DNA of 64,000 bases from an uncultured SAR86 cluster bacterium (GTDB lineage Bacteria; Pseudomonadota; Gammaproteobacteria; Magnimaribacterales; TMED112): positions 15,114 to 79,113 of the forward strand of contig CACATF010000002.1 of assembly GCA_902535365.1 (NCBI GenBank). The letters run 5' to 3'. The translations under genes were made by a program, and so were the position numbers. Positions 1 through 10,743 of the stretch are shown piece after piece. The notes beneath the pieces were generated by a model. That model saw nothing but the letters and a program-made list of their open reading frames with translations, made no database searches and was not told the origin of the DNA. Each line of letters begins with the position of its first letter. Position 1 is the first letter of the stretch.

Positions 1-912
1 GGCACACAACCAGACTTTTTATTTATAAATGCCTGTAAAAAAGATGTTTTGGAGGCTGATCCAACAAATATAATCTCTGAAGAAATTGATGCCTTCACCA
101 TTGGTCTTGATTGTCTCAAAGAACTCACCAGGCAAGAGGTTTATCTATCCACTTCTAGCAATATAGAGTTCGAAGATTTAGATGTTGAACAATACGTTTT
201 TGATGGAAAATACCCATCTGGAAATAGCTCATTGCATATTCAAAACATCCAGCCAATGACAAAAAATACAAAAACATGGACCATTAACTGGCAAGATGTT
301 TTGAGAATTGGAAAATCATTAGCCTCAGGCAATTTTTGTAATGAAAATTATGTCAGTTTATGTGGACCAGCATGCAATTCACCAAAATTAATAAAAACAA
401 ACCTGGGTGCAAATATGCAAGAGATTGCAGCAGGAACCTTTGATGGAGAGGTTCGCAAAGTTGCTGGTAGTCTTTTATATGGTAGGTATGGAGATAGTTA
501 CTCTGATTATTTAACAAGGCATTCTAACCAAATTTCTTTGGTTGTAGATGAACCCAAGGCAACATTCTTTAATTGGCTTAAACCCGGAGCACAAGATCAT
601 AGTAGTTCAAATGTCTTTCTTTCAAGCATTTTAAAGCCTGAAACATTCTCTTTTGACACAAATATAAACGGTGGTTTTAGAGCGATTGTCCCGATTGGTG
701 TTTTTGATGAAGTAAACCCTTTTGATATTGACTCAACACTCTTTTTAAAATCTTTGGCAATTGGTGATTTAGTTGCTCTAAGAGAATTAGGCATTTTTGA
801 TTTGGCAGAGGAAGATATGGCTATTTTTTCATATGTTTGCCCTAGTAAATATGACTATGTGGCACTATTTAATGATTGTATGGAAATGATTTGGAAGGAG
901 GAAACTTCATGA
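1..912 (+). CDS. nqrA: Na+-translocating NADH:quinone oxidoreductase subunit A, C-terminal part (5' end lies left of the window)
   Basis: The frame of ORF 49..912 stays open back to base 1. Its TGA (910..912) overlaps the ATG of the next gene (ATGA). It is first in a complete nqrB-F/apbE/nqrM string. Confidence 0.85.
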   Translation, partial: GTQPDFLFINACKKDVLEADPTNIISEEIDAFTIGLDCLKELTRQEVYLSTSSNIEFEDLDVEQYVFDGKYPSGNSSLHIQNIQPMTKNTKTWTINWQDVLRIGKSLASGNFCNENYVSLCGPACNSPKLIKTNLGANMQEIAAGTFDGEVRKVAGSLLYGRYGDSYSDYLTRHSNQISLVVDEPKATFFNWLKPGAQDHSSSNVFLSSILKPETFSFDTNINGGFRAIVPIGVFDEVNPFDIDSTLFLKSLAIGDLVALRELGIFDLAEEDMAIFSYVCPSKYDYVALFNDCMEMIWKEETS

Positions 913-2120
913 AGTTTTTAGAGAACTTTTTTGACAAAAACAGGCCTCCTAAAGACAACTATTTTTTCTATCTTTACGAGGTAGTTCAAAACTTTTTCTT
1001 TTCCGCAAAGCTTGCCACGACAGGCAAAACACACATCAGGGACAGATTAGACATTCAAAGAGTTATGGTTGTGGTGTGGCTAGCAACGTTCCCAGCCATG
1101 TTTTGGGGCATGTACAACATGGGTTACTGGGGTTTGGATTATATGGCTCAAGGTGGCTTCACAAACACTGGAGATTGGCACAATTGGCTTGTTCAGCTTG
1201 TTGGGACTGATGCCAATAATCACTTCCACAGGTTTTGGTTTGGGATGGTATATTTTGTTCCAATCTATGTAACAGTTTTTGTTGTTGGCATCGCATGTGA
1301 GGCAATTTTTGCCACAGTTAGAAGGCACGAAATAAATGAGGGTGCTTTTGTTTCAACAGTCCTTTTTTCTTTGAGCTGCCCTCCAGACATCCCACTGTGG
1401 CAAGCAGCAACTGGTATTGCATTTGGAATAGTGGTTGGAAAAGAGTTCTTTGGTGGTACTGGTAAAAACTTCCTTAACCCAGCATTAACAGGAAGAGCTT
1501 TCATTTATTTTGCTTATCCAACTGAACTATCTGGCGATATGGTTTGGGTGTCCTCACTTGCAGACAATGGTGCGATTGACGGTTATTCAGGCGCTACAGC
1601 TTTAGGTATTGGAGCTCAAGAGGGTATAGCAGGCATACAAAATAATTTCACTTGGATGCAATCTTTCCTAGGACAAATGCCAGGATCAGTTGGTGAAACG
1701 TCAACACTGTTAATTCTACTTGCAGGAGCTTACATGGTGTATGCAAAAATAGCATCCTGGCGAATAATTGTGGGTACACTCATAGGTATGATTGCCATGA
1801 GCAGTCTTCTTAATTTCATTGGCTCTGAAACTAACCCAATGTTTAGTGTTCCATGGTGGTGGCATTTAACCATAGGTAGTTTTGCTTTTGGGCTTGTCTT
1901 TATGGCAACCGAACCAGTCACTGCAGCTAACACAAATATGGGTAGGTGGATCTATGGTCTATCGATTGGGGTATTGGTAATTTTAATTAGGGTTGTGAAT
2001 CCAGCATTCCCTGAAGGCATGATGTTGGCTATTTTATTTGCAAATCTACTTGCTCCAGCAATTGATTTTTGCGTAACTTCCTATAACACAGGCAAAAGAA
2101 TGAAGAGGTACAACGCGTGA
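909..2120 (+). CDS. nqrB: Na+-NQR subunit B
   Basis: Polytopic membrane protein. The in-frame ATG at 909 is preceded by AAGGAGG (895..901), a better start than the track's 876. Contains the S-G-A-T flavinylation motif (DGYSGATALG) typical of NqrB/RnfD. Confidence 0.93.
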   Translation: MKFLENFFDKNRPPKDNYFFYLYEVVQNFFFSAKLATTGKTHIRDRLDIQRVMVVVWLATFPAMFWGMYNMGYWGLDYMAQGGFTNTGDWHNWLVQLVGTDANNHFHRFWFGMVYFVPIYVTVFVVGIACEAIFATVRRHEINEGAFVSTVLFSLSCPPDIPLWQAATGIAFGIVVGKEFFGGTGKNFLNPALTGRAFIYFAYPTELSGDMVWVSSLADNGAIDGYSGATALGIGAQEGIAGIQNNFTWMQSFLGQMPGSVGETSTLLILLAGAYMVYAKIASWRIIVGTLIGMIAMSSLLNFIGSETNPMFSVPWWWHLTIGSFAFGLVFMATEPVTAANTNMGRWIYGLSIGVLVILIRVVNPAFPEGMMLAILFANLLAPAIDFCVTSYNTGKRMKRYNA

Positions 2121-2851
2121 ACAAATTAGTAATCCCATTGCTAGCATGCATTGCTTGCGCAGTAATTGTTTCAGTCACAGCTGTATCCGTGCGATATGAA
2201 CAAAACCTCAATAAAGAGAATGAAAAGAAGGTAAAGATTTTAGCTGCTGCAGGGATTGTTACAGATAAAGTTGATCAGGAGTTTTCAAAAATTAAAACCT
2301 TATATGTTGACTTTGAGACCAATAAATTAGTATCGATTGAGGATAGTTACGATCACTTGAAAGCATCATCAAATCCTGAGCTATCAAGCTTAGTTCCAAA
2401 ATCAGAGGACATAGCAATCATCAAGAGAAGGGAAAACATTGCACCAATTTACGTGTGGTTGAGTGATGATGAAGCTATCGAAAAGATAGTGTTGCCAATC
2501 AGAGGGTATGGATTGTGGGGAACCTTGTATGGCTACTTATCGCTAGATTCAGATTTAAATACAGTCAAAGGCATAGAATATTACGAGCATAAGGAAACTC
2601 CTGGATTGGGAGGTGAAGTTGATAATCCAAACTGGAAGTCTGATTGGAATGGTAAAAGAATTTATAGTAATGACGGTTCTGTCGGTCTCTATGTAACAAA
2701 AGGACCCTCATCAACAGAATATGAGATTGACGGAATATCTGGAGCTACATTGACGACAAATGGTGTTACAAACATGATTAAGTATTGGTTGGGAGATAAT
2801 GGCTACGGACCAGTAATAAAGAACTTGGGTGAGGAGATTAAAAATATATGA
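2117..2851 (+). CDS. nqrC: Na+-NQR subunit C
   Basis: GTG start overlaps the nqrB stop (GTGA). One N-terminal TM helix. Second S-G-A-T FMN-attachment motif ([12 protein letters not shown]). Confidence 0.92.
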   Translation: MNKLVIPLLACIACAVIVSVTAVSVRYEQNLNKENEKKVKILAAAGIVTDKVDQEFSKIKTLYVDFETNKLVSIEDSYDHLKASSNPELSSLVPKSEDIAIIKRRENIAPIYVWLSDDEAIEKIVLPIRGYGLWGTLYGYLSLDSDLNTVKGIEYYEHKETPGLGGEVDNPNWKSDWNGKRIYSNDGSVGLYVTKGPSSTEYEIDGISGATLTTNGVTNMIKYWLGDNGYGPVIKNLGEEIKNI

Positions 2852-3531
2852 AATCTATATCTCTGAAAGAAACTAGAAAACTGCTTTTTACTCCAATTGT
2901 TGAGAATAATCCAATAGCTCTGCAAATCTTGGGTATTTGCTCAGCATTAGCTGTCACAGTAAAAATGGATGTAACTCTCATAATGTGTATAGCTTTGACG
3001 TCAGTAATTACGCTCTCAAACTTCTTTATTTCATTAATTAGACATTACATACCGGACAACATAAGAATTATCGTTCAAATGACGATTATTTCTTCCCTGG
3101 TTATTATTGTTGACGAATTATTGAAGGCATACGCGTATGAAGCCAGCAAAGAACTATCAGTGTTTGTTGGGCTGATTATTACAAATTGTATTGTGATGGG
3201 TAGGGCAGAAGCTTATGCCATGAAAAATCCACCAATAAAAAGCATGCTTGATGGTTTTGGAAATGGTCTAGGATACAGTTTTGTTTTGCTGGTAGTAGCT
3301 ACTGTAAGAGAAATATTTGGTAGCGGTACGTTCTTTGGTATGCAAGTTATGCCTGACAGCTATCAGGTTAATAACTTCCTTCTGTTACCACCTAGTTCAT
3401 TTATCATTATCGGTATCATGATCTGGGTTATCAGATCTTTCAGTAAGAGCCAAGTCGAGGAGAATGAAAACCCACTAAAGGCTCACACATTTAAACCCCT
3501 CACAGTAAAGAAGGAGGCGTCTGATGGCTGA
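2848..3531 (+). CDS. nqrD: Na+-NQR subunit D
   Basis: ATGA overlap with nqrC. Small polytopic NqrD/RnfE-like protein in the operon position. Confidence 0.92.
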   Translation: MKSISLKETRKLLFTPIVENNPIALQILGICSALAVTVKMDVTLIMCIALTSVITLSNFFISLIRHYIPDNIRIIVQMTIISSLVIIVDELLKAYAYEASKELSVFVGLIITNCIVMGRAEAYAMKNPPIKSMLDGFGNGLGYSFVLLVVATVREIFGSGTFFGMQVMPDSYQVNNFLLLPPSSFIIIGIMIWVIRSFSKSQVEENENPLKAHTFKPLTVKKEASDG

Positions 3532-4132
3532 TTTGCTTAACCTTTTTATCAAAACTGTTTTTATAGAAAATATTGCGCTTTCACTCTTCTTGGGGATGTG
3601 TACTTTCTTTGCTATTTCAAAGCAAGTCAAAGCAGCATTTGGTCTTGGAATTGCAGTCATTGTTGTACTGACTCTCACTGTTCCATTAAACAACATTATC
3701 TACAACTATGTGCTGAAAGAAGGTGCCTTAAGTTGGGCAGGGTTAGAAAATACCAACCTTGAGTTTGTCGGACTCATAACTTACATTGGGGTCATTGCTG
3801 CTGCTGTTCAGGTTCTTGAAATGTTTTTGGATAAATATGTGCCAGCTTTGTACAACGCTTTAGGAATTTTCCTACCTCTAATCACTGTTAACTGTGCTAT
3901 TTTAGGTGCGTCCCTTTTCATGATCGAAAAGAACTATAATTTTACGGAAAGTGTGGTTTATGGCTTTGGTGCTGGATTTGGTTGGGCCTTGGCAATTGTA
4001 TTGCTTGCAGGTATTAGAGAAAAACTAAAATACAGCGATATACCCGAGGGTTTAAGAGGTTTAGGAATTACATTTGTTATTGTTGGTTTAATGAGCTTTG
4101 GATTTATGTCATTTGGAGGAATACTGCTGTAA
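3524..4132 (+). CDS. nqrE: Na+-NQR subunit E
   Basis: AAGGAGG lies upstream. Polytopic NqrE/RnfA-like protein, overlapping nqrD by 8 nt. Confidence 0.92.
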   Translation: MADLLNLFIKTVFIENIALSLFLGMCTFFAISKQVKAAFGLGIAVIVVLTLTVPLNNIIYNYVLKEGALSWAGLENTNLEFVGLITYIGVIAAAVQVLEMFLDKYVPALYNALGIFLPLITVNCAILGASLFMIEKNYNFTESVVYGFGAGFGWALAIVLLAGIREKLKYSDIPEGLRGLGITFVIVGLMSFGFMSFGGILL

Positions 4133-5355
4133 TGGATATCTATTTAGGAATTTTAGCTTTCACATTTATTGTTGCTTTGTTAGTTGCTTTTGTTATGTTC
4201 GCACGTTCACAATTGGTTTCTACCGGTGACGTCACAATTGAGATTAACGGTGATCCAGAAAAAAGCATAACGGTTCCAACAGGCGGCAAACTGCTGAGCA
4301 CATTAGCCGCGAAAAATATCTATTTAGCTTCAGCTTGTGGAGGGGGTGGTACCTGCGCAGAATGCAAGTGCCAAGTATCCGATGGTGGAGGATCAATTCT
4401 TCCAACTGAGCAATCACATTTTAACTACAAACAACAAACGGATAATTGGAGACTTTCATGCCAAGTTCCCGTGAAGAGCGATATGAAAATTCAAATCCCT
4501 GATGAAGTTTTTGGTGTGAAAGAGTGGGAATGTGAAGTAGTTTCAAACGACAATGTTGCAACCTTCATTAAAGAACTAGTACTTAAATTACCAGAAGGGG
4601 AAAACGTGAAATTTAGAGCTGGAGGATATGTGCAACTTGAAGCGCCAGCCTACCAAGCGATCAACTATAAAGATTTTGATGTAGCCGAGGAATACCATGA
4701 GGATTGGGATAGGTTTAAAATTTGGGACAACGTTGCGACCAACCCAGATCCAATCATTAGAGCTTACTCAATGGCTAACTTCCCATTAGAAGAAGGGGTT
4801 TTAAAATTCAACATCAGAGTGGCTTCACCACCACCAGGAACAGACTTTCCTCCAGGGATTATGTCCTCCTATGTGTTTAGTCTTAAGCCTGGTGATAAGG
4901 TCAAAGTTTTTGGTCCGTTCGGTGAATTCTTTGCTCGAGAGACAGACAATGAGATGGTATTTATTGGTGGAGGTGCCGGCATGGCGCCAATGAGATCGCA
5001 TATCTTTGATCAGCTAATTAGGCTGAATTCCAATAGAAAAATTTCCTACTGGTATGGTGCCAGAAGTATGAAGGAAATTTTTTACAAAGAAGAGTTTGAG
5101 AAACTAGCAGCAGAACATGAAAACTTCTCATTCAATATAGCTTTGTCTGATGCTCTACCAGAAGATAACTGGGATGGTCTCACAGGCTTCATACACCAAG
5201 TTACTCAAGATGAATACTTGGCAAAACATGAAGCTCCAGAGGACTGTGAATATTATCTTTGTGGACCACCAATTATGAATTCGAGCTGTATAAAAATGCT
5301 GACAGATCTTGGGGTTGAGCCTGAGAACATAATGCTAGATGACTTCGGTGGTTAG
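4132..5355 (+). CDS. nqrF: Na+-NQR subunit F (2Fe-2S ferredoxin / FAD / NADH domains)
   Basis: N-terminal TM helix. 2Fe-2S cysteines [12 protein letters not shown]...C. FAD motif RAYSMAN. NADH motif [11 protein letters not shown]. Confidence 0.95.
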   Translation: MDIYLGILAFTFIVALLVAFVMFARSQLVSTGDVTIEINGDPEKSITVPTGGKLLSTLAAKNIYLASACGGGGTCAECKCQVSDGGGSILPTEQSHFNYKQQTDNWRLSCQVPVKSDMKIQIPDEVFGVKEWECEVVSNDNVATFIKELVLKLPEGENVKFRAGGYVQLEAPAYQAINYKDFDVAEEYHEDWDRFKIWDNVATNPDPIIRAYSMANFPLEEGVLKFNIRVASPPPGTDFPPGIMSSYVFSLKPGDKVKVFGPFGEFFARETDNEMVFIGGGAGMAPMRSHIFDQLIRLNSNRKISYWYGARSMKEIFYKEEFEKLAAEHENFSFNIALSDALPEDNWDGLTGFIHQVTQDEYLAKHEAPEDCEYYLCGPPIMNSSCIKMLTDLGVEPENIMLDDFGG

Positions 5356-6133
5356 AGCTTCTTTCCTAATATCCATAATATTTCTTAGTGCTTGCTCATC
5401 TGATGAGATCAGCAATTATTCAGGAGAGATTTATGGGACTTCTTACATCATCAAAACTACTGGAAAGCCGTCGAATGATCTAAAAGAAAAAATAGATGCT
5501 GAGCTCAACAGAATAGATTATGTTTTTTCGACTTACAAAGAGACCTCACTTATTTCAAAAATTAATCGAAACGAGGACGTCAAAAGGACAGAAGAGTTTA
5601 CATATGTTTTAAATTTGGCAAATCAAATCGCTCAGGATAGTGGGGGTGCATTTGATCCTTATGATGAAAACGGATTGGACTTCTCTGGTATCGCAAAAGG
5701 TTATGCCATTGATCGCATAGGGCATTTATTAGAAAACAACGCAATTAAAAATTACTTCATAGAAATTGGTGGTGAAGTAAGAACTTTAGGCACAAAATAC
5801 GGCGACAATTGGGTTTTTGCCGTAGAAAGACCCTCTACGGGTGAAAAAACCCCTTATATCGCATTTAAAACCCCCAAAAAAGGGATTTCTGTTGCTACAT
5901 CAGGTGAATATCGAGAGCCAAATCATATTTGGGGTGATGGGCCTCGCAATATCTTGTCAACTACGGTTGCTGCAAAGGATGCAGCTACAGCCGATGCTTG
6001 GGCAACTGCTCTTTATGTTTTAGGCAAAGAACAAGGTCTTAAACTAGCCAATGAGAATGATCTTGCGGTAATTTTTATTGACGAAGATGGTGAATCGATC
6101 CAATCATCAAGTTGGAGTATGATACAACTATGA
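5339..6133 (+). CDS. apbE: FAD:protein FMN transferase (ApbE family), lipoprotein, unusually short
   Basis: Lipobox LSAC. ApbE-like blocks [45 protein letters not shown] and [10 protein letters not shown]. Canonical position after nqrF. Confidence 0.85.
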   Translation: MTSVVRASFLISIIFLSACSSDEISNYSGEIYGTSYIIKTTGKPSNDLKEKIDAELNRIDYVFSTYKETSLISKINRNEDVKRTEEFTYVLNLANQIAQDSGGAFDPYDENGLDFSGIAKGYAIDRIGHLLENNAIKNYFIEIGGEVRTLGTKYGDNWVFAVERPSTGEKTPYIAFKTPKKGISVATSGEYREPNHIWGDGPRNILSTTVAAKDAATADAWATALYVLGKEQGLKLANENDLAVIFIDEDGESIQSSSWSMIQL

Positions 6134-6288
6134 CCAATGCCATTTTAGCAGTTATTGTTGTTGCCCTTTCTATTTGTGGAATGGCAATAGGATTGATTGT
6201 TAAAAACAAGCCTTTAAGCCCAAGTTGTGGTGGGGTATACCTATCAAAAGGTCAGACTTGCCAAGTGTGTGGCAAGGTCAAAGATTAA
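6130..6288 (+). CDS. nqrM: Na+-NQR maturation protein NqrM (52 aa; below the ORF-track size cut-off)
   Basis: Manual translation: [52 protein letters not shown]. One TM helix followed by Cys-rich S-C-G-G ... C-x-x-C. The ATG overlaps the apbE stop (ATGA). Position after apbE is as in Vibrio. Confidence 0.75.
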   Translation: MTNAILAVIVVALSICGMAIGLIVKNKPLSPSCGGVYLSKGQTCQVCGKVKD

Positions 6289-6291
6289 GAC

Positions 6292-8106
6292 TTACTGATA
6301 ATTATCTGCCTCATTTAGCTTTCGGCTTGTTGCAAACCCATTTGCATTATAGTCTTCATACATTACCCCTTCAGGATAATTTATGTTTGGTGCTTGCTCT
6401 CCAGCACTGCCTGAAAAACCAAACCCATAACCAAAAGAACCACCAAAATCGATGGGACAAACAAAATATGGCTGATTAAAGGTAGAAAATTGCCATGGTT
6501 CAAACAAATTTGGCAATTCGCCTGTTGATGTCTGATCGTCATCTAGGCTTGTAAAAAAACCACTTCCATCATTTATGAATAGAGCACCACCATTTTTCCA
6601 GTATGGGTAAGTCTGATCTTCTTGGGTTGGAGCATTGGTATTCCATTGCGAAATACCATCACGAACATTTGCTTGGAAATCAAAGATATCTAAATCCCCA
6701 TCACTATCGTAATCAAACAGGTAAGTATTACCCTCAGGATGGCCATTATAATCATTCCTCAGGTTCACAATTCTTTCACTGGTTTCATCAATAAGAGACT
6801 CGCCATTTTGGTTAATTAGTATTTGGAGATCCCTATCTATGTAATAGGGGTCTAGTTTGCCTTGTGATATGACAATATCCGGAAAGCCATCTCCATTTAT
6901 GTCACCTACATCAAGGGCATCATTTTTATTAACTTGGCCCAAAGTGCCGACAGGAAAATGAATAATATCCTCCTTTAGGATATCGCCATTATTATTAATC
7001 AAAATAAAACCATTATTTCGGCTCTCGTCATAAAACTCTGATTGGGTATTCCAACAGTCTGAGTAGCACAAGACGATAACATCATCGTCACCATCATTGT
7101 CAAAATCAATTACCTTGCCACCTCGTGAAGATGTCCATTGATTAGGTTTTATTGGGTCATCATCATTGCTAAATCTATCCCAAGGGACAAAACCAGCACC
7201 TTCTTGATTTAACAAAACCAAAGGAAAAGCACCACGTTCGCCACCCGCTACAGCCATAGTAACGAGATCTTTCCAACCATCACTGTTTATGTCTGCAGCA
7301 ACAAATAAATCAACACCAGCAAGAGCTAGCACTTCCTCAGTAAATTCACCTCTATCTCTTGTAATCCTTGGAAAATTGATGAGGTTTGTTTGGTCAGAGT
7401 ATTGGCCTGTTTCAGCATCACTCATTAACAATAAAATTCCGTTATCAATGGTTTCATTTAACAAGGGCCCACCACCCCCTGAGCCGGTAAGAATATCATC
7501 TAAACCATCATTGTTTAGGTCTGCTAAAAACACATCTTTGTAGGTATGAATACGGTGATAATCTTCATTGGCCATTAAAGATAAACCGCTGTTAAAGTAC
7601 CCATTTCCATCGTTGACCATTAAATGAACTCTTGGACGTCTTTCAGGGTTAGCCTTATCCTCATCAGGAGAAGTTGGTTGTGCTTGCCAACTACTAGTAG
7701 ATTGAGCAACTAAGTCTGGGTACTCATCACCATTAAGGTCTGCATTTCTACACGTGAGAATCTGATCACCATACCAACCAGGGGGAAATTCAATCACCTC
7801 GCCATTAGCAGATCCAGGGTAGGTGTAGCCGCCATGTTTTCTCAAAGAGAAGGTTACCTCAACTGGAGTATTGAATAGGGTATTTAAATCATTTTCTATG
7901 TAAATTTTTGAACCATCACTCTTTTCATATTTTCCTGTTAAATTTGATGGTGCAGGAGTAGGGGCTGGTGTAGGAGCTGGTGTTGGTGCTGGTGTAGGTG
8001 CTGGTGTAGGTGCTGGTTCTGGCGCAGATGAACCGCCACCACCTCCGCATGCACTTAGAAGAAAGGCTCCAAGTATAATAAATATGGTATTTTTTTGATT
8101 GAACAT
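6292..8106 (-). CDS. Secreted lipoprotein with Pro/Thr/Ala linker and FG-GAP/VCBS (integrin-alpha-like, Ca-binding D-x-D/N-x-D-G) repeats
   Basis: Lipobox [10 protein letters not shown]. (APTP)n linker. Repeated motifs [55 protein letters not shown] and [11 protein letters not shown]. Confidence 0.8.
   Translation of the reverse strand: MFNQKNTIFIILGAFLLSACGGGGGSSAPEPAPTPAPTPAPTPAPTPAPTPAPSNLTGKYEKSDGSKIYIENDLNTLFNTPVEVTFSLRKHGGYTYPGSANGEVIEFPPGWYGDQILTCRNADLNGDEYPDLVAQSTSSWQAQPTSPDEDKANPERRPRVHLMVNDGNGYFNSGLSLMANEDYHRIHTYKDVFLADLNNDGLDDILTGSGGGGPLLNETIDNGILLLMSDAETGQYSDQTNLINFPRITRDRGEFTEEVLALAGVDLFVAADINSDGWKDLVTMAVAGGERGAFPLVLLNQEGAGFVPWDRFSNDDDPIKPNQWTSSRGGKVIDFDNDGDDDVIVLCYSDCWNTQSEFYDESRNNGFILINNNGDILKEDIIHFPVGTLGQVNKNDALDVGDINGDGFPDIVISQGKLDPYYIDRDLQILINQNGESLIDETSERIVNLRNDYNGHPEGNTYLFDYDSDGDLDIFDFQANVRDGISQWNTNAPTQEDQTYPYWKNGGALFINDGSGFFTSLDDDQTSTGELPNLFEPWQFSTFNQPYFVCPIDFGGSFGYGFGFSGSAGEQAPNINYPEGVMYEDYNANGFATSRKLNEADNYQ
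7948..8024 (-). repeat. In-frame tandem ~12-nt repeat (GCTGGTGTAGGT-like units) encoding the (APTP)n linker
   Basis: The plus strand reads ggtgcaggagtaggggctggtgtaggagctggtgttggtgctggtgtaggtgctggtgtaggtgctggttctgg. Confidence 0.85.
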
Positions 8107-8161
8107 AAGACCCCTTAATTATGTTTATTTTTTATCTTAGCATAGAATAATTCTTTGAATT

Positions 8162-8350
8162 ATGACCAATTTAGAGGCACTTTATTTGACCCTGTTTATC
8201 GTATTTTTTTGGGGAGTTTTTGGCTGGTTAGCACTAAAAATTAGAAAGGCTCTTGGAGAAAAAATATCAAAAAACATCGCCATACTGCTGTATGCCATTG
8301 TGCTGTTATTTCCATTGATTTTTCCTTTTGTGGTCGGTTGGGTGAAGTAG
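8162..8350 (+). CDS. Hypothetical small membrane protein (two predicted TM helices)
   Basis: 62-aa ORF with two hydrophobic stretches. No recognisable family. Confidence 0.4.
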   Translation: MTNLEALYLTLFIVFFWGVFGWLALKIRKALGEKISKNIAILLYAIVLLFPLIFPFVVGWVK

Positions 8351-8463
8351 AAAAATTATTTCTTTTTTTTAGTTATCAGAAGATAACCACCACCTAAAAG
8401 AATGATCAATCCGATAAGAAAACCTGTGTCAATATAGGTATTTTACCTCAAAATTTTGCTTGT

Positions 8464-8652
8464 TTAGTAGAAACCCTCATCTTCCTTAGCAGTTTGTATT
8501 TCGATATCATCAAACCCAACTGAAACTCTTATAAGAATTGGGTTACAACAGATTTGACAATCTTCCACATATTCTTGATTTTCTACTGAAGGATCAATCT
8601 CAAAATACTGCATTTCCCAACAGTAAGGACATTGTGCTTGCCTTTCTTCCAT
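8464..8652 (-). CDS. CPXCG-motif cysteine-rich small zinc-ribbon protein
   Basis: C-P-Y-C ... C-Q-I-C-C-N-P-I arrangement and ~60-aa size, typical of the CPXCG family. Confidence 0.7.
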   Translation of the reverse strand: MEERQAQCPYCWEMQYFEIDPSVENQEYVEDCQICCNPILIRVSVGFDDIEIQTAKEDEGFY

Positions 8653-8665
8653 AAGTTTTTTAACT

Positions 8666-8692
8666 AAAAAGGGCTACTTTTTACAGTAGCCC
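8666..8692 (-). terminator. Rho-independent terminator after the 8714..9391 gene
   Basis: The minus strand reads GGGCTACT-GTAAAA-AGTAGCCC followed by TTTTT (stem arms 8671..8678 and 8685..8692). Confidence 0.6.
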
Positions 8693-8713
8693 TGAAATTC
8701 ATTTTTTGCTTTT

Positions 8714-9391
8714 TTATTTTGGATAAACTCTTACTAATAACTCATCACTGTGCTCTACAATTCCAGTTACAGCATACTCGTTAAGAGCAGCAGTAACATA
8801 ACCTCCAGCAGCTTGTGATTTCTTAGCAAAATCTTTCCAACTATTAAAACCGCATGCTAAGTAACCTGCGTACTCAGGACCCCATGCGTGAATGTACTCA
8901 TTACATCCTTTAAAGCCCTTTGAAAAAGCTTTTTGAAAAGAAGACATTCTTTCACTAAATTGTCCCATGGAAAGATTAGGGCCTGGCTTCCATTTTCCAA
9001 ACATTACGAATGGTGGTGGCGAATCAAGCTCCACAACGACTCTTGAAAGAATATGATCGCTATGGGATGCAAATAGCTGTTTGTCATTGCTGTAATCTCT
9101 TGGTGCTTCCATTATTTTTGCAAACTGATCCATTGTTTTAAAACTACAGACCATATAGAAAGCTCTCTGAGATCCTTGAGCATGCCTGTATAAAGAACAG
9201 CTATCGTAACCGTCTTTAACTCCAGCTTTTGCCTCAGTGATTAAATTCTTTTCTAAATCGGCATACTTGCTTCCGTAAGCCATTTCATAAGTAGAAAGAA
9301 GGATAAAACCCATACTTTCATCAGATTCATGATCATCTGTGAAAGAAATAAACGAAATTATTAAAAGTAAAAAAACTCTAATACTAGTCAT
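8714..9391 (-). CDS. Hypothetical secreted protein with two tandem ~100-aa related halves
   Basis: Signal peptide. The halves share a C-x(n)-Y-x-H-A-x-G ... C-x-F-x(3)-D-F-A-K pattern (DSCSLYRHAQG..MVCSFKTMDQFAK and KGCNEYIHAWG..LACGFNSWKDFAK). Confidence 0.6.
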   Translation of the reverse strand: MTSIRVFLLLIISFISFTDDHESDESMGFILLSTYEMAYGSKYADLEKNLITEAKAGVKDGYDSCSLYRHAQGSQRAFYMVCSFKTMDQFAKIMEAPRDYSNDKQLFASHSDHILSRVVVELDSPPPFVMFGKWKPGPNLSMGQFSERMSSFQKAFSKGFKGCNEYIHAWGPEYAGYLACGFNSWKDFAKKSQAAGGYVTAALNEYAVTGIVEHSDELLVRVYPK

Positions 9392-9462
9392 ATAACACTC
9401 CTCACAATTAAGATTAGAGTGTTATATGTAATTAATCAATTAGCAATGTATGCTATTTTTTC

Positions 9463-10743
9463 TTAGAACTGTTCTTCTTCTGTTGAGCCTTTAAGAGCTG
9501 AAGTTGAGCTTTCCTCGCCTTGTACGCAGTTATTCACTGCATCAAAATAGCCAGTACCAACTTCTTGCTGATGAGACACAAAGGTGTAGCCTTTATCCGC
9601 GTCAGCAAACTCTTTTTCTTGTAGCTTGACGTATGCTGTCATGCCGTCAGATACATATTCTTTCGCTAGGCTAAACATACCATGCCACATTGAATGGATA
9701 CCAGCTAAAGTAATGAACTGAAACTTGTAACCCATGGCTCCAAGCTCTTTCTGATATTTAGCAATTGTGGCGTCATCAAGGTTCTTCTTCCAATTGAATG
9801 ATGGAGAACAATTGTATGCCAACATAACTTCTGGATGATCTTTTTTGATAGCTTCAGCAAATTTCTTAGCTTCTTCTAAGCTTGGTTTTGATGTTTCACA
9901 CCATACAAGGTCTGAATAAGGGGCGTAAGCCAATCCTCTTGCAATAGCCTGGTCCATGCCAGCTTTTGATCTAAAGAAACCCTCTGAAGTCCTTTCACCA
10001 GTTAAGAATGGCAGGTCTCTATCGTCTATATCTGAAGTTACTAGATCTGCAGCATCAGCGTCTGTTCTAGCAATTAAGATAGTAGGGGTATTTGATACGT
10101 CTGCAGCAAGTCTTGCAGCAATTAATTTTTGCTCTGCTTCTTGAGTTGGTACAAGCACTTTTCCACCTAAATGACCGCATTTTTTCACACTTGCCAGTTG
10201 ATCTTCAAAATGAACACCAGAGACACCAGCATCAATCATTCTTTTCATTAATTCAAAAGCATTCAAATTGCCTCCAAAACCAGCTTCAGCATCAGCAATA
10301 ATTGGTGCAAAAAAGTCTGTCTTAGGCTCACCATTAGTATTCATCCACTCAATTTGATCTGCACGTCTAAAGGCATTATTGATACGCTTAATAACTTTAG
10401 GCACTGAGTCAACAGGGTAGAGTGACTGATCAGGATACATGGTGCCTGCAGAGTTGTTATCTGCAGCAACTTGCCAACCTGAAAGGTAAATCGCTTTCAC
10501 ACCTGCTTTAACTTGCTGAACAGCCTGACCACCGGTCAGTGCTCCCAAGCAGTTAATGTAGTCTTCAGTATGGAGGTAATCCCACAGCTTTTCAGCTCCT
10601 TTTCTAGCTAATGTACACTCAGGTTGCAAAGAACCTCTCAGTTTTACCACTTCTTCAGCGGAATACGGTCTTTTAACATGCTTCCAACGAGGATTTTCGG
10701 CCCAATCCTTATTTAAAGCAGCGACTTGGTCACTTAAATTCAT
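9463..10743 (-). CDS. aceA: Isocitrate lyase
   Basis: ICL signature K-K-C-G-H-L-G-G-K. 426 aa. Directly abuts aceB. Confidence 0.95.
   Translation of the reverse strand: MNLSDQVAALNKDWAENPRWKHVKRPYSAEEVVKLRGSLQPECTLARKGAEKLWDYLHTEDYINCLGALTGGQAVQQVKAGVKAIYLSGWQVAADNNSAGTMYPDQSLYPVDSVPKVIKRINNAFRRADQIEWMNTNGEPKTDFFAPIIADAEAGFGGNLNAFELMKRMIDAGVSGVHFEDQLASVKKCGHLGGKVLVPTQEAEQKLIAARLAADVSNTPTILIARTDADAADLVTSDIDDRDLPFLTGERTSEGFFRSKAGMDQAIARGLAYAPYSDLVWCETSKPSLEEAKKFAEAIKKDHPEVMLAYNCSPSFNWKKNLDDATIAKYQKELGAMGYKFQFITLAGIHSMWHGMFSLAKEYVSDGMTAYVKLQEKEFADADKGYTFVSHQQEVGTGYFDAVNNCVQGEESSTSALKGSTEEEQF

Noticed and set aside
876-908. Upstream extension of nqrB (track start at 876, MYGNDLEGGNF...)
   Set aside because: It lies entirely inside the 3' end of nqrA. 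The in-frame ATG at 909 has a strong AAGGAGG and forms the ATGA coupling typical of this operon.
8356-8442. Minus-strand frame encoding a hydrophobic peptide (..IDTGFLIGLIILLGGGYLLITKKKK)
   Set aside because: No ATG/GTG/TTG start lies between the upstream in-frame TAA and the hydrophobic segment. Only ATT/ATA codons are available.
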